A stretch of DNA of 64,000 nt, taken from positions 13,382,722 through 13,446,721 of the forward strand of contig OZ037766.1 of the NCBI GenBank assembly GCA_964035545.1, in the 5' to 3' direction. Source of the DNA: Bugula neritina (lineage: Eukaryota > Animalia > Bryozoa). Of the stretch, positions 26,640-51,100 are shown one piece after another; positions within the stretch are counted from its first letter, which is position 1, and each line of letters begins with the position of its first letter. The notes under the pieces are model-generated. The model made no database searches and had not been told where the DNA came from. It saw only the letters and a program-made list of their open reading frames with translations. The translations under genes were made by a program, and so were the position numbers.

Positions 26640-27045
26640 AAATGATAAAATTAAATATAATTATTTTATTTTATTTCAATTCTAATTTGAATTTGTGCTG
26701 AAATTTAGATTGAAGCCGAGACTTGACTGACTCTGTGAGTCGGAGGCAGTGTGTAAATCTAAAACATTCCTATTGGTTTTTGTGTAAAACTAAAGTAAAA
26801 CTAAATGATGAAGATGAAAATAAAATTCTAAGCGTTAAGACTTAAGTTAAGGACTTAAGCCTAATAGTAGTAATGCTAATACTAATAATAATAATATTAG
26901 TTCTAATACTCATAGTAATTATTAATAAAAATAATAAAATTAAATATAATTATTTGATTTTATTTCAATTTGAATTTGTGCCGAAATTCAGATTGAAGCC
27001 AAGATTTGACTGACTCTGTGAGTCGGAGGGAGTGTGTAAATCTAA
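26640..27045. repeat. Direct repeat pair (~120 bp units at ~26640-26762 and ~26930-27045)
   Basis: Both contain tgaatttgtgc(t/c)gaaatt(t/c)agattgaagcc(g/a)aga(c/t)ttgactgactctgtgagtcggagg(c/g)agtgtgtaaatctaa. Confidence 0.85.
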
Positions 27046-28772
27046 CACTCACACTGTAACAATAAATTTAAATAATCATGCTTATCGTAATACATTTAAC
27101 ATTTGTATTTTTCATCATTAAGATTGTCATTATTATGAATTATTATAGCATTGAAATTAAATATAAATTACAATGATTATATTTTATTTCAATGTTATAC
27201 TTTGTTACTTATATTTAATTTTATAATAATAATTATTAATATCACATTTAATAGGCCCTTTACAGATGTCTCCGATACCCCCTTTACAATTAAAAGTGTT
27301 GTGTCCTCCCAAAATGAGTAAGTTCAACCTTTTATAAAGAGCAAACTCATTAAAAATTTGAAGTTTGTCTGCTACTTGAAGTCCTAATTATACTATAAAA
27401 TTGTTTTTCTTTTGGAATTTAGGAGATAAATGTTTTGGTATAAGCAAAAGTATTAGCAGTTCACACAAAAATTTAAAAATGTTTCTCCTTAAAATATTTA
27501 AAAAAGCAAACTAGAGCATTTTTGTGATTTTGGTTACTGAGCAATGCTAAAGCGGCAGCTATGATATAAGTCCCATTCATCATTTGTTGTTCTGACTGTC
27601 ACCAATTTATAGCTGTTGACCTTTCAACTCTTTGTTCAACTTCCACTGTATACAATAATAATTAGCACTATCTTAGAGCACATGCCTGCTAGTAACATGT
27701 ATGTACATATATGTTGTTTACAAGGCAGCAGCTTTGCTGTGTTGGCATGTTTAAGTAATTATACTTTGAAGAGCATGTGCTACATTATGTTAAAGAGACT
27801 GTGAATTTTTTTACATAGTTTCTTATTATGGCTAGAACTTTTTTAAAAGAAAATGTTATTAAGAGAGGCAATGATTAGCATGTGCAAAAATTTATTAGAA
27901 ATATTATATGTTGTAAATAACTCAAATGTTGTCGCGAAAGTCATAATATCATGAGCAAATGCTGGACACACTAGCATAAACATAGCCTGAATAAATACCT
28001 TTTTCTGAGCAACTTTTTTTGTTGGCATTTTTCTCATGAGGATGTGTTATTTCAATAAAACTAGATCTACCGTTGCTGGTTAAATGTTTATTCGAAACTC
28101 TCTTTTAATAGAAATACAATCCCTCCCGTATGTTTTGAAGCAATGATACTGGAATTTACCCTGTTACTCAATTAGAGCAATATTTTGTTCACTTCATTGC
28201 TTCTAATTGTGTAGAACTATGATAAATTTCACTCAGCTAAATAATAGAGATTTTTGAGAAGACAACTCTTAGGTATTTGCTGGCTTACAAGTTTCCAATT
28301 TTATTTTAATGCAAGTTTCTATAAAAACAGGCTGTTTATCTATTGATGAAAGTTTCTTATAGCAATTATTATGTTATTAATAACAAATCCTTTATTGTAT
28401 CAACATGGCCATTTTTATTAATATTAAGTTAATGTTCTAATGCATGTATTGGAACTTTTATGGGGTAATTCACCGGGCATCATAATATGGTATCTGCTGC
28501 GCAATAATATCATTCACAAAATTTGAGCATAGTATTCTGAACATCAGTATATATTGTTATAGCTGGTGTACTTTTATACTTAAAAGTATGTTATGAGAGG
28601 CACCTGTTATCTCAACTCTGTGTTTCATTAGCATTTGCCTCCATCTTGTGATCAATGCAAAGTTACAATTTGCATTTTTGTTAAATGTTTTAATAGTGCA
28701 GGTAGCATGTAAGTTGTAACAATGCATATTAATAAATAAAGCTCAATATTTCTAGGAGGTATATATATATAA

Positions 28773-32130
<3,358 letters not shown>

Positions 32131-33159
32131 TTTAAATGACTGATGTTCACTATATAAATTTACACAACACTGTTTTCAACACAGTTATTTATTAAGACTT
32201 TTCTTGTCTTTATAGCATAAGCCACTATTTGCTTATTTGTTATCAATTATAATATAGATACTAAAATAGTTAATTGGTCTTAAGTAGCCAGAGGTCTGAT
32301 AATATGACTGGTAATTAGTAGTAGTTCTCTCAACAAATTACTTTTATTTTGTTGCGAGAGAAACTGCTGTGGGAGTAGCATTAATATCTTATTCCAAGCT
32401 GTTTAGAGATTGTCATTTCAGTCAACAATGACAATACTTATTGTTACAAAGGTTTTTGTATGCAAAATAATGCAACTTGTACCCACCATATTTAATATCT
32501 GTTTTGGCAAAGTTTTTAAAATCAAACTGCCAATAAATAAGTAATAAATTTATTTATTTGAATTGCCCATGCTTCCATATAATAAATTAAGTTTAACTAA
32601 TTCAGTGAAACGTATGAAAGTTATAGGTTTTACTTTAAAGTATAGTCTAAAATTATTATACTCTTTTGAAATTAAATTGCTAAGAAAAATGTATAGTCTA
32701 TTGGTAAACATAAATTTCAGACTCTCCACTCATCATGTTGTGACTAATTTAATGCTATATTGCTAACTCACAATGCTGTATGAAATATGCATTACAAAAC
32801 GGATTCTCTTAACAAATCATGATGTAGTGTATCAGAGGGTTTTAGTTCATAAATCCCATGTTTAGCATGTTGTGATGTATGAAATTATTGACAAATTTTC
32901 TACATTGAGGTCATAGTAAGGTGATGACTCATAAGTGATTAAAGAAGTAATTTTAGAATTGGAGAAACACTGGTGAAACCATTTATAATCATAGTTTGTG
33001 CAAGTTTATTAATTACTGTTACGGGCTCAATGTGGCGTGGGTTTTTATTGTATCATAGTCTTGTACCACATCCGACAAGTGAGATATGCTATTATATATG
33101 CTATGTGTAATTAGAAAACAACGGTGATTAAAAGTGAGTAAGAAATGAGGAACAATTTA

Positions 33160-33275
33160 GTGCGGGTGACACGTCGTCACTGCACGGGTGAATGCGTTGA
33201 CTAATGCATTGACGTAATCAGCTTTATCTCTAGTAGGTTTTTATTGCTGGTGGGCATGGTAACCCTGCGCATGAA
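33160..33275 (+). promoter_or_regulatory. Putative UAP1 proximal promoter with ACGT-core bZIP-like sites
   Basis: Locally CpG-rich; GTGACACGTCGTCAC (33166-33180), TTGACGTAA (33209-33217), TGCGCATG (~33266). Downstream lie a probable 5'UTR intron donor (gtaagt ~33366) and acceptor (tttcatag, 33610). Confidence 0.45.
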
Positions 33276-33630
33276 ATTGTATGGTATATAACACTTTGCT
33301 CTCATCATTTTATCATTTTAATGTTTGCATATTTTTCTACCACATCTCACTGAAGGCTGAGCTTTGTAAGTAAGTAGTGATCATCCATACTTAGTGAAAG
33401 ATTAGTATAATATACTACTTGACATCCGTCTAATCACTAATGTAGATATATATTCATGTTATATTCTATTTTTGGCACATGGCTGTCAAACTGAGAGACA
33501 AGTATTTAATAGAATTTCTATGGCTCACTCTTCTCTCTACGTTTAAAGAAGCCAGTATTTTTTAGCGCTTTCCAAGTATTTACCTTGTGTTTTACCTCAC
33601 TATTTCATAGATTGCTAATAGTTACCCAGA

Positions 33631-40835
<7,205 letters not shown>

Positions 40836-42116
40836 GAGTCACGAGTCTGGTCATTCAGATTGCGGTAGTAGTAAGAGTAACACGTTTTTCTGTTTCTCAT
40901 AACTGTTACCTGTACATAAATTATTCTACTTATTTTTCGATGTATGTTTTAATTTATTCAAGAAACAACATATTTATTTATTTACAAATAGCATGTTTTA
41001 ATTTCAAAAGGATTTTATACTGCTAATGTACAAGTGAAAGGATCTTCCTATAATGTACTTTTAGGTTAAATTAAATTCACACTGTCACCTAAGGCTGCAT
41101 AGTATCTTTATTAATATTTATTTTGGTGTAAACATTGCTCAACTGTCTAATACTAAAAACTTCGTCTCTTTTCCATTTTACTAAGAATATTAGGTAATTA
41201 TGTTGACATAGGTATTGAATATACTTCATGCAGGCACATGGGCCAACCATCTTTTTTTACTAATGCCTTATTTTGCAACTTTCCCGTTTCTATTTGTAGT
41301 AGCTATTAGAAAAAACACAATTCCGGCATGTTTCACATGTGTATTAGTACTTTTTATTCTTTCGTGAGTTATGTTGCAACTGTTTCATTTTGTTTTGTGT
41401 ATTTTAATATTTATATTTAATCTCTAAAATATTTTAATATAGCGAAATATTTATCACTGCACATTGAAAATTTAACCAAGACTTACTCATTTATATAAGT
41501 GAATGGATAAAATAAAGGAGAAAATTTGAATAATTAAATTTACTATATCTATTACAAAACTATGATATAATTATATATTCATACTACCAGCTTCAATACA
41601 TGTTTTACATATGAGTATGTTCTCTACAAACACATGTACAACATAGTTCCTTAGGTAATAAGTCAGTTATGAGTAAAACATATAAATCAGTTCTATAACA
41701 ATTTTGAAAATCTAAAAAATTAGGATCTGGAATATAATTCTATAATGTTACATAAGATTTGTTTTTCAATATATCCTCTAAATTAGGTCATTTTTATAGT
41801 GCGAATTCCTCTTGCAGGCTATTTAAGGAACTATGCAAGCAAGCCCTGAATTTATAACAAGCCCAATTCTATTAACCAGCAAGTTTAGTCATCACTCTCA
41901 ATATCTTTAAAAAGTCAACAAAACAACTTGAGAAAATTTCTATATAAATGTTTTCCCATAATTCATATTGTCTTGAGTTTTAATTCGCATTGGCAAAACT
42001 TCTTGACTTTAGAGTTACATGATGAATAAACTGTAATTGCCATAAGACTTTATAGTCAATGATTCTCTAACTAGCAAAGAGATTGTCCGCATGGGCTGCT
42101 GCATAGCGAACAACTA

Positions 42117-45100
42117 TCAGCCATCTATTTGGTGAACAAGCTCCCTGTTGCCACTACCACCTGCGTATATGGAGTTCTTCTGTCTCACTAACCTCCGAGG
42201 ACTTATATCTGAAGCCACGTTGGTAATACTCTCTGAGTTTGGTGCGTGTATGATCCCATTCACAGTTGAAGGATCAACAACTGTAAAAACACTGATTAAT
42301 GCAACATCATTCAGCATAAATATATGTGTGTGGTCATTATTACTATACCTTAATATGGTAATAAATAATACATAAAAATAAATGTAAGTTATTATAGATG
42401 TTATTAAACTATTTCTGTGTCATACAATCATAAATACTTATTGCAAATGACTGCAACAATAAAGACTAGCTATAATCAATAAACAAATGCCGATGTTTCC
42501 ATAAATTGTCAAGAAAAAATATGAATGCTACTCATGAGTTCAAGGAAGCACAACTCCTTTAACTCACTGTTGTTATTGACACTTATTATAGCTTCTTTAT
42601 TCTCATCTATTGTGATCAGTTTTTTCTTGTCATTGACTTCCACACACAGAGCTTGTATTTCACAGAGTGCCTCCTTTAAAGTCATGGCAAATTTATCTGA
42701 CCTAGAAACCAATATTATTATGTCATAACAGGATCTCAGTATTACAATTTGCTATATCAAAATGTATGTTAGTAAAGTAAGACCAATGAGACTATATTAA
42801 CATAATTTAGTTAAATAACTTGAAATGGAAATGTTTTTCCATAACCATAATATGCAACAGCCTGTGAGCTATTGCAAGACCAGCGTATAACATTAACCTT
42901 GTATCGGGACACTCTTTGAAGGAGGAGATACAGAAAATGATTCTATCTGAGTGTGGGTTGTAGGAAGCACCATAGCCATAACGAACCACTGGTCCGTAAC
43001 CCATAAAAGAATCCAATGTGGTCAGTACCTGAAAATAATTGTTCAATACCTATAAAGAGAGGATACCATTGGAGATATGATTCTCTATAACATGACTACA
43101 TGAGATATGTGCATATTCAGCTTCAGTCACCTATTTGTTATTTTTAAAAAGTTGAAGGTTTTATCTGGTCGCATTAACTTTGTTGAGATTTTTGAAAAAA
43201 ATGTTTGGTTACTTCACCAATTCCTGCATGTTTTTGGTTGATGGTAAACATTAATAAAGCTATATGCATCTTTAGAAAAGAGATATATATGTATATGAAA
43301 GTTTTACCTGACTAGTGGAAAGTGTGAATGTGTTACACAGGGACCATGTGACATCCTCAAAGATGGCTGGTGTGTAGGACATGTATTCTTCTGCTACTCT
43401 TTTCAGTGCCAACATGTGACAGTCCATGCCATGTCCGAGGATTGTCTGCAAGCATACAACACCTGAGTGAGTAGAATCACTTGTGATTGGTCTAGAATTT
43501 TAACTAGTAGCATACAGTAGAACTGTAGTGTCATTCTATCTCAGCTAGTTAAGGTGAAACTTAAATCATAGATCAACCATCTTGTAAATTAAAAATGTTT
43601 TTAATCTACAACTGCTCTGTTCAATTATTAAAACAATATTTTGTTTCAATAATAAAACTTTGTCTTTTTATAATATTTTCATGTTAGTGAAATACTGCAG
43701 ACATGAATCGGCCTAAAGTTCCTGACTATATGCTGTTGAACAGTTGGGCACTTAAAATGTTAGAATTTTCTATTTACAGCAAAATGTTTCCTGCTTTAAT
43801 TTATATCTGGCAAAAAGCAAGAAGTTTATAATTTCTTGCAAAAGCTTGAGTAATAAATTGATATAATATATACCTTGGTTTAAAAGCTATCTGCTATCAC
43901 CAATGACACTTTCATATATTTGAAAAACTTTAAAAAATTTTTTATTAAATTAAACTAATTTTTCTTAGCTAGACACATACGTTTATATAGTAGAATAAAT
44001 TGAGAGCTTGTAAGCACTTTCATGAAAAAACTTTGTAATAATTATAAATGAATAATCTCTACACTGTTCAATATTTATAGGTTTGTTGTGCTGTAGTACA
44101 AACTATGAACATGCAGTTTGTTATAGTACACATAAGCACAATAGTACCTGAACCATCAAATCAGTCTGTGCTTTAATGGCAGTTCTGAGGAGGAGCATCT
44201 TGGACTCGGCAGACGAGGTTGATTGAGCAGACATAGCCTCACACCACTCAAGTGCTTCACAAGAAGCAGCTCGGATATTATCTACCCTCCCCAGTCTGTA
44301 TCTTCGTGTAGATGCACTCTCATATGTAGAAACCAGGTTACCGTGCATTCTATAACCAAAAGGAATATATGTTGATAGTCCAAGGAAAACAGCAGCCGAA
44401 ATCATTAACTTAAATCGACAAGCAATTCTTTTCTCTATACACAACTTTACTAATTCACAATTTATATTTCATTACAAGAAAGCAAAACTAGGTTTTCAAA
44501 ATCTAAACAAGTAAAGTTGTAAGTATTTTTGCTGTTTCAATATAATGACTTATCTCTAACTTTGTAAGCAAATTTCTTATAAAAATAATTTAAAAAATCA
44601 GTCATTGTGTGCAAGGCATCACATCTAAAATGGCAGCTTCACAAAGCATCTAGCCATACTCTAAGCCTATATATACAAGTAGAAAGACTACCTGTAATAT
44701 GTGAGTTGAAGGGCTAACTGTATCAAGCAGTCAGGGCTCATATTCTGAGACTTCGGGAAATCCTTTCCATATACATCAAACCTCAGCAGGTAGAAGTCTA
44801 GGTTGGAGATTGCTCTATAAAACATTTCATAGAGCAATTTTAAAGTGAATGATTTTTTGGTGTAAGCCGTGTATCTTATAACCCAACAGTTTGTTTAACG
44901 ACGCTATAAAGAAATATGATTTCAATAAAAAACCTATTTTTGCTCTAGAATATTAGCGAAAATGTAAAGTTTACCGCTTTAAAAAAAGATAATGAGTTAT
45001 ATTATCAATATAAAGTTATCTATAATTAATAACTTCAACGTTTCAGCTTATTAATGTATACAGTCACTGTAAATTGCACTGCACACATACATATGAAGAA

Positions 45101-48100
45101 ACCCTCACTCATACAATAAGTGGACATAACCTACAGCAATTATTAGGTAAATATGCAATGCTTACAAGTCCATCCTGTGTCTTGCTTTAGATATACTTGT
45201 TTGTATATCTGCTGATAAATTCCAGTCAAGTCTTGTAGGATATGGCAAGTCAACTATAGAGTTCATCCTGACTAGCTTCCTTTTCCTTAGTTCTTCCCTA
45301 AAGTGCATAGAACGGAACATTCCAGAACTTACAGCATATACGACTACATATCAGCTCAGTGTGTTTTTCTCTAATAAATATTTATGCTTACAACTGGTGT
45401 GTGCGCGTTTGCGTGTGTGCGTGTGTGCGTGTGTGCGTGTGTGTGTGTTTATTCGTTATTAGACAATTAGAGTTCTTACATATATCGCAGCACGTGCTCT
45501 ATAAGTTGAACAACAGCTATGCCTTCTGATGGAGAGTGCTCATAGTTCAGTCCACACGCTCCATCCTCTCCAATTATAAACTAAAATTGAAGTAGCCATT
45601 AGTTTATACACAAGTAAACAGCATGGCACTGCATGGCACAAAACATCTCTCAAATTATACAGTACAGCGTTATCCTAACACCAAAGAGATGCTCACCTGC
45701 ATTGTTTTATCATACCATCTGTTGCAGCTATTGAGTTGAGTACTTTGACCATGCAGCATTTGCAGCGCTAAAGAGTTGTCATCTCTTAATTTAGAATCTG
45801 TGTCATCCACACTTCTGTGGTGGTTGTATGTAATAGGTACGGAGTTATCCAGACAGAGGACGAATATGCTAGTTTCAATAGAATGTAGAGACTTCTGGTT
45901 CACTGAATCTACAACAGAACTGTTATCTGTAACTTATAAACGTTCGATCGCTTGTAGTCAAAAGTAGAAACTAAGACAGTCTATTGAGCTTTTTTATAGT
46001 CTGAGAAAGTCTGTTGAAACTTGTATAGTCTGAAAAAGTGTGTTAAAATGTGTATAGTCTGAGAAAGTCTGTTGAACTGTGTTTAGTCTGAGAAAGTATG
46101 TTGAAACTTGTATAGTCTGAGGAAGTCTGTTGAATCATGTATTCTGTAATCGAATGCAATAGTAATATAGTACCTAGTAGCAACTTCTGACGGCATCGTG
46201 CCCATTCATCTCTAGACTGAGTGGTTAGTATACCAACAGTTTCATCTTCTTTTATTGGACTTTCTTCTGCAATTCTACAAATCCGTTTCAGTTGACAACA
46301 TATGTCATCCTCGCTCATCCTCATTACGTTGTTGGTAACTGCCATTTCAAATATCTGTAATGCACGATGAGCACTGTAGTATTCATACATTATGCTAGCT
46401 GTAAATCCAAGATGTACAGAAGAAAGAGTTTCTTTAATTATAGAGTGTTATTGTGTAGAGTTTTGTAAATATTTTTCAAGTGTCAGTTAGTTTAAAGTTC
46501 AAGTTTTATACCACTTAAACTTAATATTGGAAAACATCTGAAATCGGTGAAGCCAAGTGCCACGAATTGCATATAATAAACCAATTTTTATATAGGCTGA
46601 ATGCTGAAGCTAACGTTTAGCAAAAGCAATGCCTAATAAAGCAATATGAACTTGAGGTAAACATACAGTTAAGGTTGAAGATGTGGCCATAAATATGGTA
46701 TGTGTGAGTATATTAATATCTTTATAGGTATAACTGCTTACAGCAATAGCGATTTCAGTCAACATTATCAATCTATACTATATAATTTATAATATCTTAT
46801 AATATTTAACTGTAAATAGTACAATTTCAATTTTGTATAAAATGACACTGTGTGATACAATGCTTTTCTGTTTTATGTAAAAACTAAATATTATTTTAGT
46901 TGAAGATGTAGATTGTATTTTTCAAGGTATAGTTATATTGAAATCCAGCTTGGTTGAATTAGTATAAAGTGAAGGCATTATGAAAACAACATTAAGTAAA
47001 TATCAATACTCTATTGAATTGTCTATCTTTACAACACCTATTAATAATTAATATGTTGCATTAGAAAGCTATTAGATAACACTTACAGCTTTTGAAGGTT
47101 TGCAAAGATTGTTAAACACATTCCTATTGACTTTGCAGTGCTAAGCAACATTAACAGGAATTATGCATACAAAATATTATAATATGAAAATGAATAGTAA
47201 CTAAAGTTCATGGGTGTAGAGTTATTTTTACCAGCCATGCTTGCTTGGAAAACTGCACAACTCTTATAAAGCCAATCAGTTATAATGAATCATCACAAAT
47301 ATCTAATAATCAAGTGCCCACTAAACCGTATTAAACAGATAATTGATTTAGAAAAGGATTTGCCTTTGATATGACTTGAACTCTTTCCTTGCCCCTTTGG
47401 TGCTCAATGTAGACAAAAAACTAATTTATTCTGATTGCAATTGCCAGATCAACTGTACAAGTTGCATGTGTGATAATCCTGCTCCCATCTCACACACATC
47501 TAACAGATCACGGCTCACAAGGCTGCTGCTCTTCTCCACAAATCAGTTTAGACTTCATTGTAAGCATATTATTTCTTGCATGTTATAATCTTTATTTAAA
47601 GATCAGTACCCAGAAGCTAATTCAAGCGAACTAAAGTAGACTGGGTTTATAGAAAACAGTAGTGGTCTAGAGCACACAAGCAGAGTCACGTCATTTATTT
47701 ACTTATGTAGTACATGTGCGATTCCCCAGAACCCTACTGTGTAATATCTTAATGCTATAATCACAAATCATCACAGATCTGTACCAATACCTGGTTGTTT
47801 CTGATGACTGTAATATGCTCTCCAACCGGGCTGCTTTCAACAGTTCGTAGCTTGTCAATTTTCTCTCCCGGCTCTCTGTACGAAGAGAAGAGTCTGTAGT
47901 ATTGCTCCATACACAAGGGTTGTCCTTTCTCACGGTGCCTTGCTCTATCTATAGGCAACTTTCTCCTACAAAACACACATAATATCTGTATTCATGGTAA
48001 AGAAACTCATGCTTATTAACACAAGTTTACAGGAATAATGAATAGGAGCCTTGAAGAATATTTTAGTTAAATTTATTTAAGCTTTACAAACAGATGAAAA

Positions 48101-51100
48101 GGCTTCAATTTAAGAGTCAATACTAAAGATGTAATTCCTTTTTTGTCCACAGACCTAGCTTGTTGACATCTTTACAGGACAACTTTTCATAAAAAATTTT
48201 TTATTTAGTTTTAAGAGATTGGTAATTGCAAGATAGACAGCTTTTTCACTAAGGCAGGTTTTAAAATGTTAGTTTAGAATTTAGATTGTTGGGGTTGCCA
48301 GAGTCTTGCGACTATTATCATCATTACACCTTGATGATAGAATAATTCACCTCCCTTGTGCAAATAGCTGTCAAATCATACTTTAGCTATTTAGAAATCT
48401 AACATTTCTTGCAAAGCTGCATAAGGATTTGATAATTTTAGCTTATAATCAGCATTTGTAAAATTGCAGTACAACCTTTTATAAAATAAAATAGCAATTT
48501 TACTAATTTTCATTATCGTAAAGACTGCAAAATTGAAAGGATGTGAATATCTGTCATAATTGTTGGTTCTACTTGCTTTCATGCATACATCACTGTACAA
48601 AGAATTTAAATTTTGTTTAATATAACAGACAAGAACTCCAGTTTTATCTAGGAAAATATTTTTTAACAAAATAAGACAAAGTAATTTTTTTAAACGCAGT
48701 AGACACTAATTTTTGTTTCCAATCAAGTACATCCACCCAGCTTATCACATGTTACTATAGTAATTGGAAGACTGAAATAATAAGCAATTGCTGTTAACCA
48801 ACTGTATTAATTACAGCAGTTATAGCTTTGACAACCAACATTTTGCTGTTTATTTATTTTTACTGTTTATATCAAATTAATTTGCAGTAAAGTATGGCAC
48901 GGCTATCAACGTCATGCAGAAATCATGGCAAGTGGCTATGCTAATGGTGCAGTTGAAGATCTGTCTTCATTTGAGTGTTTCAGAACAACATGGCAATTTT
49001 ATATCATTACTATTTTTAAAAACTGATGGTGTTTTTAGCTACATTGTTTTTTAAATGGTGCATATGGATGAACAGGCATACTGCAACATCAATTTACTGA
49101 GATTAACTGAATTGCGTAGACATTATGTATTTTGATTATTTCTTTTCATTTCCTATAATTTCTTCACAAGAGTCACTATAAATGTAGTTTGAGCTAGTGC
49201 CACATAAAAAATGTTTTCTTATATTGAATACACAAAAGACTTCTATGTTTATAGAAACATTGCTGTGTGAAGGTATTTTTCATCCTTATTCCATTGCAGT
49301 GTTTGTCGATTCCAACAGCAGTGTTTTTCTCAGAAACATGACATTGTGGAAAGGCCTTATAGAAGTCAATCAGATGATAAATATATACACCAGGCTGAGA
49401 TGTGCAGCAAGTTGTTACCAGTGCTGCCTGCAGTTGCTCAGTTTAAGTGTAAGTAAGACTATGTAAGTGGGACTTTGACTTACGCATCAATTATAACCTT
49501 GTAATCCAATATTCCAGAGACAAGTCTAGCAGCGAATCTTGAAACAAAAATAGAGAAGAAAATCAATGTTTAAGATGCCTATAAACAATAAGTTGCCCGT
49601 ATGTTATACCATAATACGCAATACAAATTGTTTGCACAATGCATGACAAGCATAAGCTAAAGGCAAGCTTAAGGGCATGACACTGGATATTGAAACAATT
49701 GATATTATCTTGATTACTAACTGTAAGACTATAGACTGCTTTGCTATTAGCGTGCCACCATTATCTTACTTAATTATATGCATATTCGGAAGTTAAAGTA
49801 TACTTGAAGAAATTGGAAAGTCTTTATATCTAGAAGCTGAAAATAGCTAAATACCTATTATGTACGCGGAAGGTATTTGTTAGTATTGAAATCATATATA
49901 TGAGCATTGTATATTTTAACCAATTTCCAGTATTTGTCTTAACATGGCCACAAAAGGGGCATTCGCTGCGTTCCTATTGCTTCAAATAGATTCATATGGT
50001 TGAATTTGGGGTTTGCATGAACTGATGGTTGTGGTTTCATTCATTGACCTGTTCTCAAACATCGAATGAAAAATCTATTCACATAATGCGAAGCAATGGG
50101 AACGCAGTAAATGGGCTCTGAAATTGCAATCTACTTTACCAAGTTAGCAAAGCCTATAAACTTCATGGAAATTTTTCTTTTATTAATTTTTTAAAACTAT
50201 AATTTTATAATTGTCAGTGATATAAAAACAAACATCACTTGTTTTTTTCATGAGATTGATCAGACAATTATGTAATATGTTCAGTTAAATACCTGAGCTG
50301 CTCATTGCTATCAGCAAAGGTAGTTTTAGGAAAGACCATTCCAGGGTTGGAGTTAATAGGGAGTGGACTGCTGTTTAGCAAATACATGTCATCTAGCCAC
50401 CACTTGTACGCCTACAAATTCACACAATTTATATACAGGGCTGATTCATGTTGTAGCATATATTTGGCATTAGAGATGTTGGTGGAGAAAAGCATGCAAA
50501 TAAAGTAACAATCATGTTAATTATTCACTTTAAATATTATCTATTGAATTAATAGCTGCCTGTTATATGGGTCTTTATTGATTAAAGAAAAAATTTACTT
50601 GCTAAATCAGTTTTATTTAACAAAAAGTAAGCCATAAGGATGAGCAACTTTTATTGTCCCAATTTAAAATTGTCGCTAAATTAAAATTGCAAAATTTTAG
50701 CTGCTTATATGAAAAAGTTTTTGCAATAAAGTTAAAAATATGAGTGCAAATTTTTACAAGAATTATTTGAGCGTAGCCGCTATTAAGAATGGTAAATATT
50801 TACTCTTTTGACTTAAATATAGTTTACAATTTGTTGGATCAGAGTAGTTCTTATGTGAAGCAATTGATTTTTATTGATTTACAATTTCAGTAGTAATTAA
50901 TGGCTAAAAATTGCATTTTAGAATTATGGTGCTTGAATATGGCTTCTAGTAGCATAGTCGGATTTACTTGAATGAACTAATTGGGCTTTGCATCATTTAC
51001 CATATTTTAAATGTCAACAATCAGCTTGGTTTAATGCAGCGGTGTCCAACCTTTTCAGACCGAGGGCCACTAAAAAGCAGCATTTTGGTGGCGAGGGCCA

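Noticed and set aside
45995-46140. 29-bp repeats resembling a CRISPR array in unit length
   Set aside because: Contiguous tandem units with no spacers, no cas genes, and located in a eukaryotic intron.
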